Positions 13,890 through 26,272 of a stretch of 64,000 bases of DNA are shown here, one piece after another. Every line of letters begins with the position of its first letter. Position 1 is the first letter of the stretch. Made by a program: the position numbers and the translations under genes. The DNA is from Lytechinus pictus (lineage: Eukaryota). Location: contig NC_087246.1 of the NCBI RefSeq assembly GCF_037042905.1, positions 1,676,001-1,740,000 of the forward strand. The letters run 5' to 3'. The notes beneath the pieces were generated by a model. That model was given only the letters and a program-made list of their open reading frames with translations, had not been told where the DNA came from and ran no database searches.

Positions 13890-16103
13890 AAAGAACAACT
13901 GTGTAACCTCATGAAGCCCATAAAATATTGTCAATTTGTGACATAGTTAACAGGTGGACATTACAGAGGTCATCAGCATCAATTGAAGAATCTTCTAACC
14001 TTCATAGTTCTCTTGATTGTTGTGTAACTTCAAACAAGGGACAGGTCTGTTGGAGGCATCATTATTCTAAATGTCAACAATTAAAAAAAAAAATCTAATA
14101 TACACAATGTAAACCGAAAATTTGCCCTTTAATCACATACAATGGTCATTTTTGCGACATTGTGCAGGGTCAAAAGAAAAGGAGTTTTAGTCTGTGAATT
14201 AAAGAAGCCATTTGGATGAACTAAAAGTGACTGCTGGTGCTATTTTCTTGTCAACCCTAAAAGAAGTAGATAAAAACTGTCCTGGATATTGATCTCCTGT
14301 TTTTCCAGGATTTACGACCTGCTTTGAACTTCACTGGTCCATGGCCTGATGGCTGGGTCTAATGATAATTACACGCATGACTGATACCTTTAATGATGAA
14401 GTTCGCCTTTTTGGTGGAGCATTGGAATGCAGAAAGCCAGGGGCATGTGCACAACATCTCAAAATGCAAAGTGACAATTTTATGATTTGATAAAGTTGTG
14501 ATGCAATTTATAGAGGTTCTGACAGAGATTTAATGCTTTGCTGAAACTTTTGTCACTGTCAAGGTTATTACCAGCCCAATTTTTTTATGTTTAAAGGGAA
14601 TGTTCAAAATATTCATGTGTAGCTAGCATAATCATTTCTGATCTGTACAGAAACAGTTTGCAGAAACTGGAAATAAGTGTAGAATATATATTTCAAACTT
14701 TAAGAGATTCAAGATTAACTTAAACATAATGATCATAGCTTGACAGCTGGATTGACAAATGTTACATCAAATGAACAAAATGGTAAAATTACAACAAATC
14801 AAGAAATTACGAAAACAATTGCCTATATCTAACATTTCAAATATATGAGGCATATTGTTTTTTAATTAGGCCTGTATTCTATTACAAATATACATGTACA
14901 TGTCTGTTAATTAAAAAAAATAGGCCTGAACATTTTTTAACACAAAAACTGAAATAAATATTTGTGCATTTCACATGGAAATCATGGAGTTCTGTCATCT
15001 TTTGTGTGGGAAATTTCAAGGTATGAAAGTGGCACTGTCATCCTTTACAAATAAATACTCACAAACCTGTTCATATCATTTTCATGGTCAGCAAATTCTA
15101 TCTCTTCTTTCCAAATAAGGTCATATCATATCTGTGGCCTTCCAAGTAATGTGAATTAAATTTCAAAAATCCTTGAGAAATTTGAAGTTAATGAGAGAAC
15201 AGTAAAATGAAAAGATCATCATTATCATTCATGTTTCCTGTGTTGATGCATCTTGTATCGTGAATGTGAAAAGTGGGCTAATTAATATTTAGAAAGGTAC
15301 ATGCATATTTTAAACTCATATCAATGAAATCTAAAATGGCAATGTTTTTGAGATAATTAACTCTGTACATACAAAATTTGTCAAGATTTCTACCATCCTT
15401 AAATTTCAAGATTAAAATGTTCTGATGCTAAGAATAAAGAAGAAACCTAGACATTTATACACCAGATAAATGGAAGTTTGCTTCTTCAAAAATGATTTCT
15501 TTCATAAAAATTCATTTACATGTATCAACATTTTAATTTTGTCTGCCCTTTTTTTTTTTTTAGTTTTTCCATTTTCCATCTAGTTTAAAAGATATTTCAG
15601 GTGGATTTTTCTTTTGAGATGCCTTCTTTCAATTTGACATATTCCTATTTTTTTAAGATATGGAGAGAATAAACTGAGCATCAAAAATATATATTGGATG
15701 TCTTTCTCACTTAGAGCTTATGAACACAGAGGGCTAGATGAAAGATGACGAAACAATCAAAGAAAAAAAAAATCCATTATTTCCAGATGTTTGTTGCCAT
15801 GATGACGGGTATAATATTTACTTGGAATGGGGGCTTTCAGACATTTTGCCATGATTTGTCTAATGGGGGATGTGAATTTTGAAGACGAATACACTGACCC
15901 TATGATAACATGTAAAGTGATTGAAAAAGGTGCCTCTACTGTGGTTGAACATACATGTAGCTTGATATTTAGGCGTATTTTATAGAGGAAGTTTGAAGTT
16001 AATGCCTTTAAATCTTATTAAGAAAATTGATCGTAGACTTTCAGAATTACATGAGAATTTCTCTTAATCTGTGTTTTTCACATATACATGTAAGTCACTA
16101 GCA

Positions 16104-16278
16104 ACCCCCCCCCCCTGACGAGTCACAACTCATGCAGGGGACGTGCCCCCCCCCCTTTTGAGAAGCAAAATTAATAATTTTTAATAAATTTTTTTTTTTG
16201 CTTGTCAAATTTTTTCGCGGACGAAATATCCTTCAAATAATTTGCCCCTCTTTTGGAAAATCCTGGGTACGCTGCTGA
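16104..16278. repeat. Degenerate C-tract-containing repeat fragment (partial MITE)
   Basis: Poly-C tracts and an end …gcccctcttttggaaaatcctgggtacgctgctg resembling one MITE terminus. Matching other terminus not found. Confidence 0.35.
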
Positions 16279-18955
16279 TGTAAGTGTATTATTAAACCTG
16301 GAAGGAGAGCTTTTAACCTACTTTATTAGCTTTGAAGCGATTTGAAGATGTTTGGAAGAAGGGGCACCTAAAAATTATCTACCAAGCCCCCCCCCCCCCG
16401 CCGCCCCATTAAAATTCATTATAAGATTCATCAGCCCGTGCATTCTGTTTTCTTACATTTATACTTTTTACTAAAATCATGTAGGGGTAAATATTCCCAA
16501 GTCTAACTGGGATTCAATGATACATGTAGTTGTGACTTTCTGTCATTCTTTACCAATTGTGAGGTCTGTATTTGGTTTGTAAACAACCATAAACAGTTAC
16601 CTTTGACCCACAAAAGCAGGATTGAAATGTCAATATTCATTTATTGACAAGTGAGCATTTGGTCTACATGTAAACTGTCATTTGATGCTGCTACAAACTT
16701 TAAAGACATCTTTGTCTTTCATAAACATGTCTGATAATGCTACATTAAGTACAAGCATTCTGTATTATTTTTGTGTGTGTAAAATTGTTTGCTTATAAAA
16801 AGAAGCGTGGAACATTAGTACTGAAATCTACATGTACTGATGTACAATGCAGGTCCAAACTCCAAAAAATAAAAAGTTAATATCATTCATTAATATGTAC
16901 ATCAAACTGAGAATACTATATAAGTAAAGTGTTATGCATATATAGAAATTATTATTTTATCATATTTTGTGACAATATTTAATGATAAAAAATATATTTT
17001 AAGAATATCTTTTGTGAGGGGGACACCTACATGTATATACATGTATGATTGCTTTGATAATATAGCTTCATCATGAGTTGACAAACTTACATTTCTCTCA
17101 CGCTGAGTGGCAAAAGGGCACATTACACATTAATAGCACCTTGCAGGGTTTTAGTTGATAATGTACATTCCAAACATTTTCAAGAAACTTTCTCATACCT
17201 AAATCTGCTTGCATACCTCTCTCACCTAGAGAAATTAATATGTGTATGATGTACATATGTTGTTAGTTATTCATATTGTCATACTACTTTCATCAAGAGT
17301 CAGAACTTAGTTCTGCATGTTGAAAAATAGTCTTTGTACAGATAGGCTGTACATGTATATTATGTAGTCAGAGCTAATGATACTGTTTATGTTAGTATTC
17401 AATTGTTTTAAATTCTCAGTACAAATCTTGTGCACCCTAATTTGAATGGATTTGAATTTATTTACTAGATCAGCTGCCGTAAGCAACCAGTGATTGAATT
17501 TGGATTATTTTAGATTTAAGAAAAAAAAATAACAAGACTCGAATCAAATTTAGAGTTCAACTGCTCACAATCTACATTCAATCTAGATTTATTCTACATC
17601 CCTGTAATTTAGAGTTAGTAATTTTGTTTTTACTCATGGGTTGGATGTATAATGTAATTAAATTTGGTCTTAATTTTCCAATATTACCTCAAGAAGAAGA
17701 GACATAGTAGATTTTGATAACCTTGTTCCTCTGCTAGTAGATTTACGTAACTTCCTATAATTATTCATCATGACTGTTGGGCTGAGATGTGTAATATTTT
17801 AAAGTCTACTCTGAAATGTTCTTAAGCGACATATGGTATCCAACAAAATGAGAGAGAAAGGAAAGGCGGTAATACTGGTCATTTTATCCAACAATCACAA
17901 GACATTGCTTTGAGCTTTTAAAGGCGTTTCAATCTTGATTAATCTTATTACTGTGCTGAAACTGTACAATAGGGCAGGGGGGCAGCCTCGCATGATTTTT
18001 CAATTGATATTTAAATAAATAGTTCTATAGGAAAGAAGAAAAAGGAACAAGAAAGGATAATAAGAATGAAGAGTTGTTGAAAAGTGAGGACAGCTCTTGC
18101 ACCCTATCAAAACCTTGACGTTGTCGCCCCTGGAAACAAATGTGTATCAAATAATATACCTACAAATGGACATAGGTAAAGGTAACAAAAGAGATTGACT
18201 CTTTCACTGATTGTCAAAAAGACAATTTTTTTTCTTAGTTTCTTAGGCCGGTACGCTGTGTGGTAAAACACATGTGCATTTCTTCCAAAAGAATAACCAG
18301 AAAATCATGAAATTCAATAATGATACATGTGCATTTCTATATGGACATATGATACATGGCCAGCTTAATACCACATCTAACTTTTAATGGGTCTATAATT
18401 TGCTTCAATCAATTCACTCAAATTTGTCCCTTTAACTTGTCGTGGGAGTCATATATTTGAGGAAGAGATTTGTGGTGTGGTTTTGGTGATGTCATTGTGG
18501 ATAACTTGTCAAATTACTGTGATGATTAGCAGATAAAAGTAGTGAACATATGAGAGAGTCTTGTGCAATTACGTGATTGAGGTTGGATTATTTGTTTATG
18601 TGTTACGTTAAATAGTAAATCTATAATTCCTACATCCAGTTGTAAACCTATTTATTATTCTATTCTCATTCCTTCTCCTTCATGTTTGTACTGTACCCAT
18701 TCCCTTAGGTGTGTTATGTCAAGCTCCTTGGTTATGTTAACCTTTCCCACTTTCCTTGAATATTTGTCTTGGTCTTACTACTCAATTTAATTAAATATGT
18801 CACTTCCATCTAGATGTATGTTTAAAAAATGAAAAAGTTAACACACTTTATTTTTCAAAAGCTTTTTTTTAAATAAATGTACCATTTTAGCAAATGTGTT
18901 AAGTTACAATAGGAAATAATACCTTGTGGTACAATTCAGATCATCAAGATACTAG

Positions 18956-19423
18956 GGGTGTGTTCAATGTCGGTTTCAAAATTTAAATGGCAACATGAAT
19001 CATGATTCAAAACGTGATTAAAAATTGCAGATGTAATGAGAAACAAAGGGTGTGTTCAATGTCCTCTATTCCCAGTCTCAAAAGAAAACGTCTTTCAAAT
19101 CATGATTTGGAGGAAAATTTAAACGTCGAAAAGATGCATTTGTAAAAGTGATCTGTGATCAGCTCCAATTTTACGACCTTGCGCCTCTCGCAGTGGAAGC
19201 CTACACAAACAGGTGCCAGAACTGACCTTTCGTGTGATGGGTCAAACTGCGCACTAAAGCTGCGCGTACGAAAGCGGGAAATTAAAGACGATCAGCATAT
19301 AAACGGCTTTATATTTTCGACAATGAACAGTGCACCACTGATCGTGTTTGTGTTCGATGTTTTGGAATTGAGTTTTCAATCTTGATTCATGTTGCTGTTT
19401 AAATTTGAAAATCGAACAAACCC
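18956..19423. mobile_element. Tourist/PIF-Harbinger-like MITE
   Basis: TAG|GGGTGTGTTC … GAACAAACCC|TAG (3-bp TSD), with extended subterminal inverted similarity (aaatttaaatggcaacatgaatca / tgattcatgttgctgtttaaattt). Confidence 0.8.
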
Positions 19424-22400
19424 TAGGTGACTTATCAAACTTTAAATATAACATGAATTGCCAGACATTGAGGTGGGAATCTATCCCCCCCCCCCTCAGT
19501 AAATAATGACAATATCATTTAATGGTTTTTATAAACTAATTTTATACAGCTGATAAAATTAGGGTACAATGTAGCACAATTTTCTTGACACCATAAAAAA
19601 ACTCTCTTTCCAGACAAGATACAATAGAGAGAAATCTGACCCTTTTCATTCTAGCGAAAGAGGTTAGTGGAGCAAAAGAGAAGAGCAAGTGAAAGGCAAT
19701 AAAGAACCCATTTTAAAGAGCAATATTGAGGTTTTGACTGAGAATTCAATGTGTGAAAGATGTCAGTAAACTGTGACTTCAACTCACTTTATTGTATTCA
19801 CGTTACTTTTACAGTGTAACTTTCTTTGCATCTGTGTGTACATATAGTGAACCCACGCAGCGTTTACTCCGATGATGATATGATTTAGGAAACACAAGAG
19901 CTGAGAACTAGAAATGTCAATTTTTTTTCAATGTTATTTCTAAAAGCATTGAAATCGACAATGATTCTGAAGTACTATATAGGGCACCAGGGCTACATGT
20001 ACATGTAGGTCAGTGAAACCAATCCAAAGAATACCCTTTTCAAAACCCATAAAAGTATAACAAAATGATATGTTTAATCATTCAAATGTTGTCTATAAAT
20101 AGACATTTTTAGCAATTCCAAGAAATATAGCAAGGCTAGTTTCATTTGCTTGAAATTCTATGAATGATATTTTGTTAAGGGACCTTATATACAAATAGAA
20201 GGTTAAATAGAGAAGAAAAAGTGACTAGTTTATTTTTAATAGCTGTTAAATTTTAAAATTTTATATATTAGATACATACATTTTGTTTACATCCTCATAC
20301 ATTTTGTTTACATCCTCATGAGTGTGACATTCTTTTTAATGTAAACAACATGTTTATGGTGTTGGATACAAATGCTAGGATTACCTTTGATAATACATTT
20401 CATTTCCAAATCTGACATTTCTTTGGATACCAGATATATTCTATTTTTTTCAGCATATATCCTTTCTGATGATCAATTGGGGTGTACATTATGAGGGTGT
20501 AGTCGGAAGCTGATTCCATAAACACAATAGATTAAATGAGGACATCATGTCATGATGATTGATATACATGCTGTTCAGCATCTGGAGTACAATATGTCTA
20601 GTTTTTAAGATCTATGTAGTAGGGTTTTATGATATATTCCAACAATGTTAAGTACGGTATACATTTTGTAAAGGTTCATAAACATTTTTTTCTAAAATCC
20701 TAGATAGAAATTTGATGAATTGGCTGAATCGTTCTTGAATTTGTTTACTCTTCCTTACAAGTTTGTACTGATGAATTCGTAATCTCTCCCTTCAAATTAT
20801 TAATAAAATAATTATTAAATTTCAAGCCCTGTTCTCATTTAAATAAAATCTTTCTATTTTGTAAAATATTTCTGTTTCTGAGAGAGAATTGTGAAGTGAG
20901 GTTATTGCTCTTTTTTGGCCTTACAAAAAAAAAGATGAAATAAAGGGAGGGGGCTCTTAGAGGGAGGTCAAGAGAAGTGCATAGAAGATCCATCTTTGCA
21001 AACAATCATTCCAGCATGCTTGTTGACTATTATTACCTCAGGAAGTTTTTGCTTTGGATCCTATTCTTCAATATCTTTTGATCATCTGACCCTGTTATTT
21101 CTTCTTTTCTTTTCATCCTCATTGTGCTATTTGTTGTTGTATGGTGACTCTGTGAAAACTAATGCTCAGATTCACTTTTACAATAGATGTAGATTGTGTG
21201 CTGGAATATGTTATGAGGATGCTACTTGTGGGTAAAATCCTGAATTCAGGCCCAGTCAGTCAAATGCCAGGCCTTAGTTCAGGCTTGTTTTTGAACAAAA
21301 TAATCCAAACTTGAGACCCAAGCTACTGCAAACTCTATATTAATCTATTAGCACCACATTAAATTAGTTATTTAATTCAGTTTTAAATATCTTTTCCAAT
21401 GCTTTCCAGTTTCCAACTTCTCGAATCCTTTTTTAAAAACAAATAATGTATGACATAGTGCTACACATATGAGATACAGAGGTGTAGAATGAATACAATC
21501 TACAGCCATAGGTGTGTAATATATCACTTCTCAGCCAGGAGGAGTAGATTTAAATTGAACTTTGCATGTTATCCATCATTATCAAGGCATTGTTCCGTGC
21601 AATTTCCCTCTCCATGCATCTTGGCCGTTGTTGACAGTGGAACATGTTTTTCATCGTCACATGAATGGAGAATTTTCCAAGGCGATCTTTCACTGGCATG
21701 GTGATTTACAAGGGAGTGGGTCATTAAGAAATGGAGAGGATTGATCACATGATAATCATCGCTGTATAATAGCTGACAGTCTGATTAGAAAGGAAAATTC
21801 AGTGAATGGCTGTTCAAAATTTACTTGAAAAGGTTATAGAATATGTTGTAGTTAAACTTGTAATTTATGAATAATTTAGTGCTCTGCACATGAAAGAGAG
21901 ATACAACGGTTTGGTTGATGGTTGATCTTGCATATTGAAAATGTGGCCAGATCTTTTTTATTATTTTATAGCTTATGTTTTTGTTCATGGAAAATATAAA
22001 ACTCTAAAAACTGAAATTATAACCATGCATCTTTGCGATATCTTCCCAACCTTGTGTTTTTGTAACAATGAAAATCTTGTGTGGCTATGGACAAAAAGTG
22101 GCAAATATCATTGACTTTAAAGTAAATTCTTTCTGAAATGGTTTTTGCTCTGTTGTATCGTGATTCAGTGGTTTAGATGACCACCTACAATATGCAAGAA
22201 GGTAAACAAAACCATAGATTGAATCAAATAGGGACAAATACATCACCTATTTTCATGATACAGATATGGGCCATGAGGTTTGATATCCAATCTTTCCTCT
22301 TCATCATGCATAAAAGATTTTGAACAAAAGTCAAGGTATTTATCTTCTTCAATTGACAGCTTATTGATATAGTGTTTAAATTGTTCCTTTCAAGATTAAT

Positions 22401-23114
22401 CCTTTCAGTAATAGAAGGATAATCTCTTTCACACACTCTTGCATCCAATTCTTTTGTAAAGAGAACAAATAGATTTCCTTCCAACTCTCAATCATTCTTA
22501 CCAATTAGTGGATAGTTAAATGCATAAGATCCATTGTATTCTCTGTGTGTGCAGATATACATGTATAGCATGGCATGAAAGCTAGGATCACTCTTGGAAT
22601 TAATTCCTAGGTTGTTGATATCTGTCATATTTCTCCATGAGTGTAGTTATCTATCCTTAAATTTTACCCTCCAATAGTTTGCCAAACATGGGGGAGGGGA
22701 TGGGGATGCACTTCTTGGGATGTATCACCATTTGATAATTTTTAGTTAGCAGGATTTAAAAAAAGGGTAGAAATTAGTGAATGGTTCCTGCTTCCCTCGA
22801 AAAGACAACTGACAAAGAAATACACAAATTGTTTTTTTCTCATTTTGAACATTTTTGTCACCTTAAAAATAATATGTACAGTATCATGTCTTCAGCAGAA
22901 AACAACCTTTGTATCACATTTTTGTGTTTACAGTGGTGTAAAGCACCTCAAAGTAGGTGCACTATATAAATTGACGTATTATTATAGTTGAATGTCCGCT
23001 TGGTCGTAAGTCCATCAGGTATGAAGCCATGAAGGAGAATAGGAGAGGAGGCACCTCTTTCCCCAAAACAACAATAAACTAAACAAAACAAAACACAAAT
23101 GAAATAAATAAATT

Positions 23115-23500
23115 TATAAAATAGCTGTATTATTTCAAGCATCGCGATTGGTCAATACGCGTCACATGACATCCAACTTTTTTTGTGCACTGCACGGGAG
23201 TGCAAAAGGTGTGCAACGAAAATTTACATTGCACGCTCGAGCAAACCAGTGTGGTAGAAGTCCAACAAAACTGTACTGTAACTTTTAAAAAAATTGTTTC
23301 TGTGTTGCTATTTTATAAAACAAATAATGCACTTGCTCTGTCGTGCGTAAAAGTAAATGCAGGGAAAGCTCGGTTTCTTCAGATGGAGCACACTGGGCAC
23401 TCGCCGCAAGCGGCTCGTGCACAGTGCGACTCCTATCTAAAGAAACCTCTCGTGCTCTGCATTTCCACTAACGCACTCGGCTGCATGCATTATTTGTATA
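23115..23500 (+). mobile_element. Non-autonomous element with TATA ends, 11-bp inverted repeat and terminal hairpin (Crypton-like)
   Basis: TATAAAATAGC (23115-23125) is inverted at 23307-23317. An imperfect hairpin at 23314-23500 is centred on GCACTCGCCGCAAGCGGCTCGTGC. Same design as 51983-52917. Family label is inference. Confidence 0.6.
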
Positions 23501-23504
23501 GTAT

Positions 23505-23722
23505 TAATAATAATAATAATGATATTTATGATAATAAAAATGACAATGATGATAAAAATGAAATTTTAGCAAATAATGCAAGAAAGTAATAAAGATAGAT
23601 AGAGTTAGATAGAGAGAGAGAAAGAGAGGGAAAGATGGATTTATAGATAGATAGATTGATAAGATAGAGAGAGAGAGAGAGGAGGAGGAGAGGGAGAGAA
23701 AAAAAGAAAGAGAGGTAGATGG
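23505..23722. repeat. Compound simple repeat (AAT)n/(GATA)n/(GA)n/(GGA)n
   Basis: Directly visible low-complexity purine-rich tract. Confidence 0.85.
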
Positions 23723-24952
23723 AGTTTGACAAACTTCACATCTTCTTCTGATTTGTATACAAACACAGTACACTTAACTTGTTTGTATCCAATTGTTTGC
23801 ATATCTTCTTTCTGTTGATAAGCTTCCTCATACTACTCTGAGATATGATTGATACTACATGTTTAGTTTTCACCAATTGTCTTTACTATCTACAAAATCT
23901 AAAAATGAGTGTTAAGATTAACACCAGTACATGTAGGCGAGAGTTTCATGAGATGACCACACCCTCAAGTGTTCAAGTACAACACTGGGTTTGGATTTTA
24001 ACTTAACACAACATACTGTAAATAGTAAAAATAAACAGAATGTTTATAATAACACCATGATGACATTAGTGTTGAAGTAACATTGATGTAAAATGCTTGA
24101 TGAGGAACACTGATGGTGTACTTAACACTACAGCATTTACTCAAGCAGTAATGTTAATCCTGTCTTTTTGCCTTGTCTTTTTTTATTGTCTTGTCTTCTC
24201 TTCTCTTTTCTTCTCATGTCTTCTGGTCTTGACTCTTCTTATCCTGAGGTTTTCATGCATCACTTGTCTTTTTATCTTTTAGTTATTCAATATCAATTGG
24301 AAAAAGTAAGCTGAATGTCATCTTTTCCCATTTGGAAAATTTCTTTGAGAATATATAATATCCCGAAGATAACATGGTTCACAATTAAATGCAGCCATTG
24401 TAATGAATCAGGATCACCTAAGTGTGTATAATACAGTGGTTAAAGCCATGCCTATGTTTTGATTATCCCAGATATTTTGCATGATCCAGCTAAAATTCCC
24501 TCCCTGTATTTGGTTTCTGTACGCCTGATTAAACATATCCCAAACAAGAGTGTGCATCGTTGACCAAACCGGATGATCCTACTTGTCAGTTTTTACCCCA
24601 TCCATTATTAAATTCTGATTGTGCTTTTTGGTCACACAGAAATATGGAAGTTTGTTAACGATAGATCTCAAGCCCTTTAATGAGTTTGTGCTAGGAGGGT
24701 TTATAAACAAAATATATCCTGATTTTACTTGCTGGACTACTGCAGATTGGGAGCTTAGGACTTAATCAGAATCAATTATTATAGTATTTCATTCTTTAAA
24801 GTTTCTGGCAATTTAATATTTTCATATTTCATTTATCAATCTTTTTATGAACATATATGGAAGGTAATGGAGCATGATGATAATTGCAAAAAGGAATCGA
24901 GCCCAGTGATTGGAATTATTAAATAAAAGAATCAACACCGCAATAATAGCAA

Positions 24953-25923
24953 TTTTTGTCTCACCTGCATAGCAGAGTGAGACTATAGGCGCCGCTTTTC
25001 CGACGGCGGCGGCGACGGCGACGGCGGCGGCGGCGTCAACACCAAATCTTAACCTGAGGTTAAGTTTTTGAAATGACAGCATAACTTAGAAAGTATATGG
25101 ACCTAGTTCATGAAACTTGGCCATAAGGTTAATCAAGTATTACTAAACATCCTGCCTAAGTTTCATGTCACATGACCAAGGTCAAAGGTCATTTAGGGTC
25201 AATGAACTTAGACCATGTTGGGGGAATCAACATCAAAATCTTAACCTAAGGTTAAGTTTTTGAAATGTCATCATAACTTAGAAAATATATGGACCTAGTT
25301 CATGAAACTTATACATAAGGTTAATCAAGTATCACTGAACATCCTGCATGAGTTTCACATCACATGACCAAGGTCAAAGGTCATTTAGGGTCAATGAACT
25401 TTGGCCGAATTGGGGGTATCTGTTGAATTACCATCATAACTTTGAAAGTTTATGGATCTGATTCATGAAACTTGGACATAATAGTAATCAAGTATTACTG
25501 AACATCCTGTGCAAGTTTCAGGTCACATGATCAAGGTCAAAGGTCATTTAGGGTCAATGAACTTTGGCCAAATTGGGGTATTTGTTGAATTACAGCCATA
25601 AATTTGAAAGTGTGTTGGTCTAGTTCATAAAACTTGGACATAATAGTAATCAAGTATCACTGAACATCCTGTGCGAGTTTCAGGTCACATGATCAAGGTC
25701 AAAGGTCATGTAAGGTCAAAGAACTTTGGCCACGTTGGGGGTATTTGTTGAATTGCCATCATATCTCTATAAGTGTATTGGTCTAGTTCATAAAACGTGG
25801 AAATAAGAGTAACCAAGTATCACTGAACATCTTGTGCGAGTTATAGTAGTTTTCAAAATCAGCACTGCTGCTATATTGAATCGCGTGATGCAGGTGAGAC
25901 GGCCAGAGGCATTCCACTTGTTT
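24953..25923 (+). mobile_element. Helentron-associated (HINE/DINE-1-like) non-autonomous element with internal tandem array
   Basis: T-run at the 5' end, subterminal inverted repeat GTCTCACCTGCAT (24958-24970) / ATGCAGGTGAGAC (25888-25900), (GGC)n microsatellite, four-plus tandem units of ~162-192 bp, and a short 3' tail ending CTTGTTT. Confidence 0.75.
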
Positions 25924-26173
25924 CCTTTATTGTTCCTTCAATTTACTATGAATCAATCATAGCTCTCTATATTATTCCTCAGTACTTTATTATATACTAC
26001 ATTAGATATAGGATCACAGCAGAAGAATATATAATGTAGAACCAACATGATTTCCCTAGTGTTGTTCCACAGGAAATCCTGTTTACTCAACTAGGTTATT
26101 TGAAATGGATAATAAACATAAGAACTAGAGCAGATGGTTGTGCATTCTACATATAGGAGAACAATTTTAGCTG

Positions 26174-26272
26174 TCTGGTAGGCAGTATACTGCTGTATCA
26201 TTACACTTTAGAGACTGTTTGAAATCTGGTAGGCAGTTACTGCTGTATCATTACACTTCAGAGACTGTTTGA
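26174..26272. repeat. Tandem duplication of ~51 bp
   Basis: tctggtaggcagt(a)tactgctgtatcattacactt(t/c)agagactgtttga occurs twice (26174, 26225). Confidence 0.9.

Noticed and set aside
13675..13914. Similar short ORFs at 13683-13889 and 40505-40705 suggesting a duplicated gene
   Set aside because: Both lie within copies of the same TTAA MITE and start at non-ATG codons.
7570..15120. Perfect CArG boxes CCTAATAAGG (7570) and CCAAATAAGG (15111) in a muscle-type gene
   Set aside because: A few are expected by chance in 64 kb of AT-rich DNA, and they are not clustered or near an evident promoter.
23185..23773. 134-aa and overlapping minus-strand ORFs
   Set aside because: They run through a hairpin element and simple repeats, with no protein-like features.
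24822..25082. Minus-strand ORF with poly-Ala and hydrophobic segment
   Set aside because: Derived from the (GGC)n microsatellite and terminus of the HINE-like element.
25040..25850. Regularly spaced repeats as a possible CRISPR array
   Set aside because: Whole 162-192-bp units are homologous, so there are no unique spacers. No cas genes, and the context is a eukaryotic intron.
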